Source: Candidatus Wolfebacteria bacterium (GTDB lineage Bacteria; Patescibacteriota; Minisyncoccia; Phycocordibacterales; Phycocordibacteraceae). From it: DNA of 45,419 nucleotides. The notes beneath the pieces were generated by a model, which saw only the letters and a list, made by a program, of their open reading frames with translations, was not told the origin of the DNA and searched no databases. Every line of letters starts with the position of its first letter. Position 1 is the stretch's first letter. The position numbers and the translations under genes are program-made. The stretch spans positions 169,368 to 214,786 of the forward strand of contig NVRX02000006.1 of assembly GCA_002400985.2 (NCBI GenBank), in the 5' to 3' direction. This document shows positions 16,841 through 25,957 of the stretch, piece after piece.

Positions 16841-18589
16841 ATGCAAGACATACCCAGCAAACCTTTTAAGTTTCTAATATTTTCCAGCAAGCCATACAAA
16901 GGCTGGGCTTTTTCTGCACTTCTCGCGGTAACTATTGCAGAGGCACTTGCAACACTCCTGCCGTACTTTTTTGGAAAAATTGTAGATGCTGCAAATTCAG
17001 GGGAAAGTTTTGATGAGGTACAATTTTGGCTTCTTATAACCACGGCAACTCTTGCTCTTACGTATGTTGCATGGCGTAGTTCAGATTTTTTAGGAATGCA
17101 GTGGGTAACAAGAGCTAATGCATATAGTTACAAAAAGTTATTCTCGTATCTTTCAGGTCATAGCCATTCATACTTTGGTAACCGTTTTGCAGGGGCTTTA
17201 AGTAATAAAGTTTCAAATGCATCTGATGGAGCATCAGGCCTTACAGAAAGCATTCTTTGGCAATATTACAGCACCATACTTTCAATTTTATTCTCAGGAA
17301 TTCTTATTTTTATTGCCAATGTATATTTGGGATATATTTTTGTGATGCTCATTACAGCACTTATCATTCTAAATTACATACTAGTACTGATGCGAAAAAA
17401 ACACGTAATCAAATATGTAAAGGAAAACTCAACGCTACGTGGACAAGCTGTTGATATAGCAACAAATATGGACGCTGTGCGTGTTTTTGCACAAGGAAAT
17501 TTTGAGAAATACTTCCTTGGAAAACAAATTGACAAAAGACGTATCGCAAACATAAGGCAGTGGCGCTTTAGTGAGTACATTCTTGTATTAAACAATATAA
17601 TTATTGTTGCAGCAGTTGGTGGAATGTTCTTCTTGTTACTTAATCTTTTTGAAAAAAACGAAGTAACTTTAGGAGTGTTTGTTATGGTTCTTACGCTCGT
17701 ATTTAATTTATCTGGGACTCTATCTTACATTGGAAGTATGATGAATGGCTTTATTCGTAGGTATGGAGAAATTGAAGAAGGTCTTTCTGAAATTCTTCTT
17801 CCACACGATATTGTAGACATGAAAGGTGCAAAGAAGCTTTCTGTAACAAATGGATCACTTTCATTTGAAAACATGGCCTTTGCTTACAACAAAGAGAATG
17901 TTTTTACAGATTTTAATCTGTATATTGCACCTGGAGAAAAAGTTGGGATTGTAGGTCCTTCTGGAGCAGGAAAAACAACACTTATAAACCTGCTACTTCG
18001 CCAACATGATATAACAGGTGGTGCAATTAAGATTGATGGGCAAGATATTCTTCGGGTAACACAAGACAGTCTTCGAGAAGCTATTGCTGTTGTTCCGCAA
18101 GAATCACTTCTTTTTCATCGTTCAATACGGGAAAACATTGCATATGGAAACCAAAAGGCTACTCAAAAACAAATTGAAGAAGCTGCAAAAATGGCAGAGG
18201 CACATGATTTCATCATGGATACTCCTGAAAAGTATGATACTGAAGTTGGAGAACGTGGCGTAAAGCTCTCAGGCGGACAGAAACAGCGTATTGCAGTGGC
18301 TCGAGCAATGCTTAAGTCTTCACCTATATTAGTGTTAGATGAAGCAACAAGTGCACTTGATAGTGAAAGTGAGTCACTCATTCAAAAAGCACTCCATGAC
18401 CTTATGAAAAGAAAAACAGTGCTTGCGATTGCACATAGACTCTCAACACTGCGAGAGATGGATAAAATTATCGTTATGGAAAATGGTGTGATTGTACAAA
18501 GTGGGACACATCAAGAGTTAGTTGCTGAAGAAGGAAGTCTCTACGCAAGACTTTGGGCACATCAGGCAGAAGGATTTATAGCAGAATAA
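16841..18589 (+). CDS. ABC exporter, fused permease/ATPase (MsbA/MdlB-like)
   Basis: N-terminal TM domain, GPSGAGKT, LSGGQKQR, LVLDEATSALD, IAHRLST. Confidence 0.95.
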   Translation: MQDIPSKPFKFLIFSSKPYKGWAFSALLAVTIAEALATLLPYFFGKIVDAANSGESFDEVQFWLLITTATLALTYVAWRSSDFLGMQWVTRANAYSYKKLFSYLSGHSHSYFGNRFAGALSNKVSNASDGASGLTESILWQYYSTILSILFSGILIFIANVYLGYIFVMLITALIILNYILVLMRKKHVIKYVKENSTLRGQAVDIATNMDAVRVFAQGNFEKYFLGKQIDKRRIANIRQWRFSEYILVLNNIIIVAAVGGMFFLLLNLFEKNEVTLGVFVMVLTLVFNLSGTLSYIGSMMNGFIRRYGEIEEGLSEILLPHDIVDMKGAKKLSVTNGSLSFENMAFAYNKENVFTDFNLYIAPGEKVGIVGPSGAGKTTLINLLLRQHDITGGAIKIDGQDILRVTQDSLREAIAVVPQESLLFHRSIRENIAYGNQKATQKQIEEAAKMAEAHDFIMDTPEKYDTEVGERGVKLSGGQKQRIAVARAMLKSSPILVLDEATSALDSESESLIQKALHDLMKRKTVLAIAHRLSTLREMDKIIVMENGVIVQSGTHQELVAEEGSLYARLWAHQAEGFIAE

Positions 18590-18591
18590 AT

Positions 18592-19149
18592 ATGAATTAT
18601 CCAAAATACTTTGCAACAGGAAACAGGAACAAATTACGTGAAGTGAACAGCATTCTTGAAGAAAAATTAGAACAAATCGATCTTGACCTTGTAGAGATTC
18701 AATCTACAGACGTTATTGAAGTTGTAAAAGCAAAAGCAATACAGGCTTATAAAGAAACAGGAAAGATTGTTCTTGTAGAAGACACAGGACTTTCTTTTGT
18801 TGCTTGGAATAACTTACCAGGGGCTCTCATTAAATGGTTCTTAGAAGAAGTTGAACTTTCTGAGATAATAAAAATGCTTGAAAGTTTTGAAAACAAAGAA
18901 GTTGTTGCGCATACAGCCTTTTGTTTCTTCGACGGTAGCAAAACACATATTTTTGAGGCAAAAATAAAAGGAAGTGTGGCGAAAGAAATTAAAGGCGAAG
19001 AAGGTTTCGGCTGGGATGCTTTATTTATTCCTGAAGGAGGTACAAAAAGTTTTGCCGAAATGAACCCTGAAGAAAAAAATAAAATATCTATGCGTCGCCT
19101 TGCATTAGAAAAACTGGCCAACATCTCTGTTGGCCAGCCTACTTCTTAA
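18592..19149 (+). CDS. rdgB: Non-canonical purine NTP pyrophosphatase (RdgB/HAM1/ITPase)
   Basis: ATGNRNKLRE, VEDTGL, LPGALIKWF, FGWDALF.P, EKNKISMR. Confidence 0.9.
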   Translation: MNYPKYFATGNRNKLREVNSILEEKLEQIDLDLVEIQSTDVIEVVKAKAIQAYKETGKIVLVEDTGLSFVAWNNLPGALIKWFLEEVELSEIIKMLESFENKEVVAHTAFCFFDGSKTHIFEAKIKGSVAKEIKGEEGFGWDALFIPEGGTKSFAEMNPEEKNKISMRRLALEKLANISVGQPTS

Positions 19150-19733
19150 AACGGATCTTCCATCCTATACTTTTTCTTATATTCTTTCCATACAGGGAGA
19201 AAATTTTCTGGAAAAAGTTCGAAATGAACCTCGTCACATACTTTACCTCTCCGAATATGTTCACCTTTGAAAACAGCAACACGTTTATGTCCTGTTTTTT
19301 CGAGATAACGCATACTGCGTGGGTTAGTTGAAATTACAGAACTTCTAATTTTTCGAAGGTTTCGAAAGTAGAAAGCATAATAGAGCTGAAGCATTTTTGC
19401 CTCTGTGCCGTATCCTTTGTCGCAAAACTCAGGATCAAGCACCGCTCCGGTAACTGCAACACCGTCAGGTCTCAAATGAAGTCCAATGTGCCCAATATAT
19501 GTACTGGGCTCACCAGAATTCTTTTTAAGAATGGCAAAAACAATATCTGTCTTTGACTCTTCCAGACTATCCAACCATTCTTTTTCAGATTTGAGTGAAA
19601 GCGGTGGAACAGCAAGAAGGTACTGGGATACACGCACATCATTTATAATGCGAGTAACGTGTGTCAGATAGCTACTCTGCATTAACCCAAGGTCAATACG
19701 ATTACCGCGTAAGATAATTACATGATCAGTCAT
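19146..19733 (-). CDS. GNAT N-acetyltransferase, RimJ/RimL family
   Basis: DKGYGTEA (motif A), NLRKI...NPRS.RYLEKTG; AGGAG SD before ATG 19733. Confidence 0.85.
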   Translation of the reverse strand: MTDHVIILRGNRIDLGLMQSSYLTHVTRIINDVRVSQYLLAVPPLSLKSEKEWLDSLEESKTDIVFAILKKNSGEPSTYIGHIGLHLRPDGVAVTGAVLDPEFCDKGYGTEAKMLQLYYAFYFRNLRKIRSSVISTNPRSMRYLEKTGHKRVAVFKGEHIRRGKVCDEVHFELFPENFLPVWKEYKKKYRMEDPF

Positions 19734-19770
19734 GTGATACTCCTGTTTTAGATTTAAAGAACAATGCTGT

Positions 19771-19907
19771 AAAAAAGCCTCATGCTTATATACAGCTGAG
19801 GCTTTTGGAGGTTTCTTCAAGAGATTCAGCTACATACAAACATTACAAAGTCGGCCCTTTGCTAGGGATACTTCTGTAATATTCATATATGTGCTGAATA
19901 AATTCAT
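19771..19907 (-). promoter_or_regulatory. Candidate attenuator leader: 25-aa uORF (19907-19830) in a long hairpin, followed by an intrinsic terminator
   Basis: TTGACA-16-TACAGT promoter; uORF MNLFSTYMNITEVSLAKGRLCNVCM; terminator gcctca...tgaggc-TTTTTT upstream of the GNAT SD. Confidence 0.6.
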
Positions 19908-20074
19908 ACTTTTACTGTACCTAATATAAAAAACTTGTCAATAATCTCAATTCATATACTATAGAGAGATAAATTATGCAGTCACAAAATCATCATACGC
20001 ATATCTCTCATATTGAAGCGCTCAATAGCGCTCGTAAGATGCGTGCTTGAGCACAAAGCTTAACAACTAAATAA

Positions 20075-20902
20075 ATGCGTATGAATATACCCGGAACTAT
20101 TTCGGTTATGACTGGTCTCTCGACCGGAAAAAGACTTGTGGTTATGGTAGGAACCCATGGAAACGAAACATGTGGTCCACTAATGTTGAGAGAAAGATTT
20201 TCTGAAATACAAATACAAAGAGGGGAGGTAATCTTTATTGAGGGAAATCCAAGGGCTATAGAGGAAAATGTAAGATATATAGACGAAAACTTAAATCGAA
20301 TGTTTCGAGCTGTAGACTCCTATTCTGCAAAAGAAAGAGAATCTTATGAATTTAAAAGAGCGCAAGAGTTAAAGCCCCTTTTGTCTTCTTGTGATGCACT
20401 TCTTGATATTCACTCAAGTGGAACAAAAGATACTGTACCGTTTGTAATCTGTGAACAAAATTCATTTGAAATAGTAAAGGAGTTTCCTTTTGAGATTGTT
20501 TCGTATGGGTTTGATCAAATTGAACCAGGAGGAACAGATACTTACGTAAATGAAAATGGAGGAAACGGTATCTGTATTGAGTGTGGATACCACTATGACC
20601 CAAAAGCAAAAGATAGGTCTTGGGAATCTCTGAAAGACTTCCTTATTATTAATGGTGCAATAGATGGCGAACTTAATACTCCCAGAGATCAAATGGTAGT
20701 AAACTCAAACTACCTCTACAAAACAAAAGTTAACTTCAGACTACACAAATATTTTGCTGACTTTGAGGAAATAAGAGAGGGAGATTTCATTGGTACTGAC
20801 GGAAATGAAAAAATACATGCACCAAAAGACGGTTTGATTATATTTGCCCGTAATAGGGAAGACTCAGGAGAAGAAGCGTTTATTGTGGGAGATGTAGAAT
20901 AG
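20075..20902 (+). CDS. Succinylglutamate desuccinylase/aspartoacylase-family (M14-like) zinc hydrolase
   Basis: GTHGNE, NLNRMF, LLDIHS, IECG. Confidence 0.88.
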   Translation: MRMNIPGTISVMTGLSTGKRLVVMVGTHGNETCGPLMLRERFSEIQIQRGEVIFIEGNPRAIEENVRYIDENLNRMFRAVDSYSAKERESYEFKRAQELKPLLSSCDALLDIHSSGTKDTVPFVICEQNSFEIVKEFPFEIVSYGFDQIEPGGTDTYVNENGGNGICIECGYHYDPKAKDRSWESLKDFLIINGAIDGELNTPRDQMVVNSNYLYKTKVNFRLHKYFADFEEIREGDFIGTDGNEKIHAPKDGLIIFARNREDSGEEAFIVGDVE

Positions 20903-20930
20903 ATGCAAAAGAATTTGCTACACTACACAC

Positions 20931-22163
20931 ATGAACCTAAAACAGGAACTCAAAAACCGAGGATTCATCCACCAAGTAGCAGGTGGAGAATTAGGGGATG
21001 TTCTTAAAGAAAAGAGAACCTTCTACCTCGGCCTTGATCCTAGTGCTGATTCCTTTCAAATAGGAAACTTAGCACCTCTCATGCTTGCAAAGCGACTTAT
21101 AGATCATGGACACAAAGCCATAATCCTCATTGGTGGTGCAACAGGACAAATTGGAGATCCAGGAGGAAAGAAGAGTGAGCGTGTATTGCAAGACGTAAAA
21201 GTAATTGAAAAGAATGCAAAAGCACAAATTAAGCAGATTCAAAAACTATTTGGTACAAAAGACCTAATGGTAGTGAACAATGCAGACTGGTTAAACAAAC
21301 TCAATCTCATTGATTTCCTCAGAGATATTGGAAAGCACTTTACCGTAAACTCTTTAATCAAGAGAGATTTAATAAAAGACAGACTTCAAGGAGACGAAAA
21401 CAGTATTTCATACACTGAATTCTCATATGCACTCCTTCAGGCGTATGATTTCTATCATCTCCATGAGAAATACAACTGTGACCTGCAAATAGGAGCATCA
21501 GATCAATGGGGAAACATTGTTTCTGGCATGGAGCTTGTTCGAAAGAAAACAGGTAATAGTGTATACGGGCTAACAATGCCACTCATAACAGACACAACAG
21601 GGAAGAAATTTGGAAAGAGTGAAGGAAATGCAGTATGGCTTGATATAAAAAAGACATCAGTGTTTGCCTTTTATCAATTCTGGTTCAATACAAAGGATCA
21701 AGATGTAGAACATCTACTCAATATCTATACTGAACTAACACATGAACAGATACGAGACCTCATGGATAAAGATCCTCAAGCACGAAATGCACAAAAAACT
21801 CTCGCACATGAAGCAACAACACTGGTACATGGAGAAAAAGAAGCAAGAGCTGCACAAGAGGCCTCAAAAGTACTCTTTTCTGGTGACTTGAGTACTATTA
21901 CGAAACAGACTAAGAAGATGCTTCTGGAGGGCGCACCAAGCCTTAGCGTAGCTTCTGGAGATGCATTCATAGACATTCTTATACACGCACACCTCGCACA
22001 ATCAAAAGGAGAAGCAAAACGACTTATAGAAGGTGGAGGTGTAGGAATAGGGAATAGAAAAGTATCAAATATTGGAGAAACTCTTAATTCAGAAGATTTT
22101 TCAAATGGATTGGCACTTCTAAAGAAAGGGAAGAAAGAAGTAGTACTTCTTGAGCTTACGTAG
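20931..22163 (+). CDS. tyrS: Tyrosine--tRNA ligase
   Basis: GLDPSADS, GGATGQIGDP, LQAYDF, QIGASDQWGN, KFGKS, C-terminal S4 domain. Confidence 0.97.
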   Translation: MNLKQELKNRGFIHQVAGGELGDVLKEKRTFYLGLDPSADSFQIGNLAPLMLAKRLIDHGHKAIILIGGATGQIGDPGGKKSERVLQDVKVIEKNAKAQIKQIQKLFGTKDLMVVNNADWLNKLNLIDFLRDIGKHFTVNSLIKRDLIKDRLQGDENSISYTEFSYALLQAYDFYHLHEKYNCDLQIGASDQWGNIVSGMELVRKKTGNSVYGLTMPLITDTTGKKFGKSEGNAVWLDIKKTSVFAFYQFWFNTKDQDVEHLLNIYTELTHEQIRDLMDKDPQARNAQKTLAHEATTLVHGEKEARAAQEASKVLFSGDLSTITKQTKKMLLEGAPSLSVASGDAFIDILIHAHLAQSKGEAKRLIEGGGVGIGNRKVSNIGETLNSEDFSNGLALLKKGKKEVVLLELT

Positions 22164-22210
22164 TCAACACTCTTTACATTCTTGACACTAATAACTGCTA
22201 TACTTTATAT

Positions 22211-23020
22211 ATGGTAACTAGATGGACAAAAGAAGAGGAATTTTTCTATAAAAAACAGTTAAAACAACTGTATGTTACAGAGAATCTTTCCATACAAGAA
22301 GTAGCAAATGTTCTTAAAATGTCAGACAAAGGAGTGTACGACCGTCTCGTAAGGCTTAATATCAAAACAACGCCTAATCTTAAAGTTAAATACTTAAATA
22401 GAAGGCCTCCGGTAAGACTTCCAAGAAAATCGAATGATCTCGCTGAATTCCTTGGAATAATGCTGGGTGATGGTCACGTTGCTCATTTTCAAACATTAGT
22501 AACTCTTGGAACAAAAGAAAAAGAATATGTCATATATGTCCAAAAACTAATGACAAAACTATTTCAAGTTCCAGCTACAGCAACTACAAATAAGAAAGGG
22601 TATAGCAATGTATACATTGGCTCAGTAGAAATAACCAAATTTTTAAAGCAAAAGCATGGACTTGTTCAAAACAAAGTTAAAGCACAGGTTGATGTCCCAT
22701 CTTGGATTTTTGAAAGAAAGTCATACATGAAAGCATTCTGTAAAGGATTTTTTGATACTGATGGGTCAATATATCGCTTAAAGTTTGGCGTGCAGATATC
22801 AATAACAAACTACTCAAAACCCCTGCTTCTCTCTTTACAAAGAATGCTTCGAACGTTAGGATACAGCGTATCTGAGATTAGTGTTGTTCGCTTTTACATA
22901 ACAAAAAGAAGTCATGTTGAGCGGTTTTTTGCAGAGATACAGCCTGCAAATAGCAAACACTGTGAAAGATACAAAAGATTCATGCGTCGATCGGATAGCG
23001 GCTATTCCAGGAGACTGTAA
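22211..23020 (+). CDS. LAGLIDADG homing-endonuclease-like protein with N-terminal HTH-like segment
   Basis: Two motifs LAEFLGIMLGDGH and FCKGFFDTDGS; 3' end overlaps tRNA-Tyr. Confidence 0.85.
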   Translation: MVTRWTKEEEFFYKKQLKQLYVTENLSIQEVANVLKMSDKGVYDRLVRLNIKTTPNLKVKYLNRRPPVRLPRKSNDLAEFLGIMLGDGHVAHFQTLVTLGTKEKEYVIYVQKLMTKLFQVPATATTNKKGYSNVYIGSVEITKFLKQKHGLVQNKVKAQVDVPSWIFERKSYMKAFCKGFFDTDGSIYRLKFGVQISITNYSKPLLLSLQRMLRTLGYSVSEISVVRFYITKRSHVERFFAEIQPANSKHCERYKRFMRRSDSGYSRRL

Positions 23021-23065
23021 CTCTCCCGCCATCAGGCATCGTGGGTTCGAGTCCCTCTCGGCGCA
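22984..23065 (+). tRNA. tRNA-Tyr (GTA); CCA not encoded
   Basis: Acceptor GCGTCGA/TCGGCGC-A; anticodon arm GGAGA-CTGTAAC-TCTCC; long variable arm; GGGTTCGAGTCCC T arm. Confidence 0.93.
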
Positions 23066-23076
23066 CAACATAAAGA

Positions 23077-23104
23077 AAAAAGGTCGGTATATACCGACCT
23101 TTTT
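23077..23104. terminator. Bidirectional terminator
   Basis: aaaaaggtcggta-ta-taccgaccttttt. Confidence 0.85.
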
Positions 23105-23123
23105 CTTATATAAGCACCAGTCT

Positions 23124-23558
23124 CTATTTAAGAGGTAAGTTTGAACCTTGTCCTGCAAACTTTGTCTCCATATATCCCATAAAGAGCCCTATGATTACAC
23201 CATCAATAAGTGTCCAAAATGGTGAGCTGAGCCCTGTCCATGACACAATATTTGACTGCATAATCACCTCAAGTGAGTCATGGCTTAGCAGTATGTACAT
23301 TAATGTGAATAGAAAACCTGCAACAGCTCCTCGTATCCACCACCGCATCTTGAAACCAAAGATTGGATGATAATCAAACATTCCCATGAGTCCAAGAGTG
23401 AGTCCCATCAATACAAAAGTGATGAGTGTGCCAAAGCCAAACATGCTGAATAGAGAGAATCCAAAGATTGGTGACATGGTAATAACCAGAGCACCTATAA
23501 TCAGACCTGTCATAACTCCAATGAACATTCGGCCAGTCACTGATTGAATTTTAAACAT
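23124..23558 (-). CDS. Hypothetical membrane protein (about 4 TM, Gly-rich)
   Basis: Hydrophobic ORF with TATAAT upstream, convergent on the terminator. Confidence 0.8.
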   Translation of the reverse strand: MFKIQSVTGRMFIGVMTGLIIGALVITMSPIFGFSLFSMFGFGTLITFVLMGLTLGLMGMFDYHPIFGFKMRWWIRGAVAGFLFTLMYILLSHDSLEVIMQSNIVSWTGLSSPFWTLIDGVIIGLFMGYMETKFAGQGSNLPLK

Positions 23559-23639
23559 ATTTTTTACTAAAGATTAATACTTTCATTATATCATTGCCAC
23601 AGTTTTTTCTTGGTAATTGTTTGCTATAATTCTCTCCAT

Positions 23640-24611
23640 ATGACAAAGCCAACATTACTTTCAGGTGTAAAGCCATCAGGGCAACTACATGTTGGAAACT
23701 ATCTCGGAGCGATAAAGCAATTCGTAGATCTACAACATAAGTACAATATGTACGTAATGGTTGCTGACTATCACGCTCTCAATACCGTGCAATCTAAAGA
23801 GAAGATGCAACAGCAAACAAAAGAACTTGTTGCAGCGTATGTTGCCGTAGGACTTGATCCAAAAAAGGTAACTATCTTTAAGCAGTCAGACATACCGCAA
23901 CACACTGAACTCACATGGATTTTTAATACCATAACAACCATGCCGTATCTCATGCGTGCACATGCTTTCAAAGATGCGGAAGCAAAGAATAAGGACATAT
24001 CGGTAGGAACCTTTGATTATCCTATGCTTATGGCATCAGATATCCTTCTGTATAGCCCAGATGTAGTTCCTGTAGGGAAAGATCAGAAACAACACATTGA
24101 ATTTGCACGAGACACTGCACAAAAATTTAATAACACATATGGAGAAACATTTACGCTTCCAAAAGAACTCATTCCTGCAGAAGTAGCAATAATCCCTGGA
24201 ATAGATGGACAAAAGATGAGTAAGAGCTACAACAATGTAATCCCTCTCTTTGGAACAGATGAAGACATAGATAAAGCGGTAATGGGAATTAAAACTGACT
24301 CAAAAGAAAAAGGAGTAGCACTTGATCCTACAACTGACATAACATTCAAACTGCACGAACACTTTAGTAAAAAACAAATAGAAGAATTGAGAGAACGATA
24401 CCTAAAAGGAAGTATTGGATACAAAGAATCAAAAGAGATTCTCGCAACAAATATAAAAGAACTTGTTGGTCCTATGCGGGAAACGTATACTGCATTGCTA
24501 AACAATCCTAATAAGATTAAGAAAATACTAGACAAGGGAGCAAAAAGAGCAGGAAAGGTAGCGGCAGCAAAAATGAAGGAGGTTAAAAGAGCAATAGGAG
24601 TAACACAATAA
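23640..24611 (+). CDS. trpS: Tryptophan--tRNA ligase
   Basis: SGVKPSG.LHVGNYLGA, YPMLMASDIL, VPVGKDQKQH, KMSKS. Confidence 0.98.
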   Translation: MTKPTLLSGVKPSGQLHVGNYLGAIKQFVDLQHKYNMYVMVADYHALNTVQSKEKMQQQTKELVAAYVAVGLDPKKVTIFKQSDIPQHTELTWIFNTITTMPYLMRAHAFKDAEAKNKDISVGTFDYPMLMASDILLYSPDVVPVGKDQKQHIEFARDTAQKFNNTYGETFTLPKELIPAEVAIIPGIDGQKMSKSYNNVIPLFGTDEDIDKAVMGIKTDSKEKGVALDPTTDITFKLHEHFSKKQIEELRERYLKGSIGYKESKEILATNIKELVGPMRETYTALLNNPNKIKKILDKGAKRAGKVAAAKMKEVKRAIGVTQ

Positions 24612-24613
24612 TT

Positions 24614-25957
24614 ATGGAACGAATACTTATAGGAGACTTAAAAGATCACATTGGGAAAGATGTAACTATAAAAGGATGGGTAGATGGCGTACGAGACCAT
24701 GGAAAGGTAGCTTTTCTGGTACTTCGAGATAGGAGTGGAAACGTACAAGCTGTTGCATCTGGTGATTATAACGAAACTGCATTGCCTGCAGCACAAGAGC
24801 TTGGTGAGCAATATGCAGTGGAAATAATGGGAGAAGTAAAAGAACGTCCTGAAAAGATGAAAAGAGAAGAAGTAAACGGAGAACTTGAGTTTGGTATTAA
24901 GGAAATAGTAGTACTTAGCAAAGCAGAACAGATGCCATTTGATATGTCTGCAGAACTAAACATAGACACACACCTAGATAATCTTCCACTAACACTGCGA
25001 ACAGAGAAATCTAGAGCAATTTTTAAAGTACAAAGTGAAATCCTTATTGCATACCGTGCATTCCTAAATAAAGAAGGATTTACTGAGTTCCAATCTCCAA
25101 AAATTACAGGTGATGATGCAGAAGGAGGAGCAAATACATTCTCTTTTGATTACTTTGGAGATACGAAAGCGCACCTTGCAACCTCTCCTCAATTCTATAA
25201 GCAGATAATGACCGGCGTATATGAGCGAGTATTCTCTACAGGAACTGCATTTAGGGCAGAAAAACATAGCACCAGCAGACATTTAAATGAATATACATCC
25301 CTAGACTTAGAGATGGCATTTATCAAAGACTATAAAGATGTGGCAAACCTTGTTGCTGATCTTATGCGACACATCGTAGAACACCTTAAAGAGACATGTG
25401 TGGCAGAATTTAAGCTTCTCGATGCTGAGTTTCCACTAGCGCCAAAGGAATTTCCAATGATGAAACTTGTAGAAGCACAGGAACTTATTAAAAAAGAAAC
25501 AGGAGAAGATACAGTGGGGGAACCAGACCTTGAACCAGAGCACGAACGATGGCTGTGCACCTATGCAAAAGAGAATCTAGACTCTGATTTCATCTACATT
25601 ACGCACTATCCAGTGTCTAAACGTCCAATGTACACATTTGAAGACCCAGAAACACCTGGATTTACCGGAAGTTTCGACATGCTCTTCAGAGGAGTTGAGA
25701 TTATGAGTGGAGGACAAAGAAGGCACGAGTATGACAACCTTGTAGAGGGAATAAAGATGAAAGGGCTTGATCCTGATAAATTCTCATATTATCTACAAGC
25801 ATTTAAGTATGGAATGCCAGCACACGGCGGAATTGGAATGGGACTTGAAAGACTAACTGCAAAGTTCTTAAATATTAAAAATGTAAAAGAGGCAACACTA
25901 TTCCCTCGAGACATGAATCGAATAGATACATTGCTCCACAAAAATGACAGCGAATAA
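24614..25957 (+). CDS. aspS: Aspartate--tRNA ligase, short archaeal/eukaryote-like (probably non-discriminating) type
   Basis: OB fold, EGGANTF, LATSPQFYKQ, FRAEKHSTSRHLNEYTSLD.E, EIMSGGQR, GMGLER; 447 aa without GAD insertion. Confidence 0.9.
   Translation: MERILIGDLKDHIGKDVTIKGWVDGVRDHGKVAFLVLRDRSGNVQAVASGDYNETALPAAQELGEQYAVEIMGEVKERPEKMKREEVNGELEFGIKEIVVLSKAEQMPFDMSAELNIDTHLDNLPLTLRTEKSRAIFKVQSEILIAYRAFLNKEGFTEFQSPKITGDDAEGGANTFSFDYFGDTKAHLATSPQFYKQIMTGVYERVFSTGTAFRAEKHSTSRHLNEYTSLDLEMAFIKDYKDVANLVADLMRHIVEHLKETCVAEFKLLDAEFPLAPKEFPMMKLVEAQELIKKETGEDTVGEPDLEPEHERWLCTYAKENLDSDFIYITHYPVSKRPMYTFEDPETPGFTGSFDMLFRGVEIMSGGQRRHEYDNLVEGIKMKGLDPDKFSYYLQAFKYGMPAHGGIGMGLERLTAKFLNIKNVKEATLFPRDMNRIDTLLHKNDSE

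Noticed and set aside
22211-23065. Group I intron or intein carrying the LAGLIDADG ORF
   Set aside because: tyrS and the tRNA are both complete and uninterrupted; no intein terminal residues and no room for a ribozyme core.
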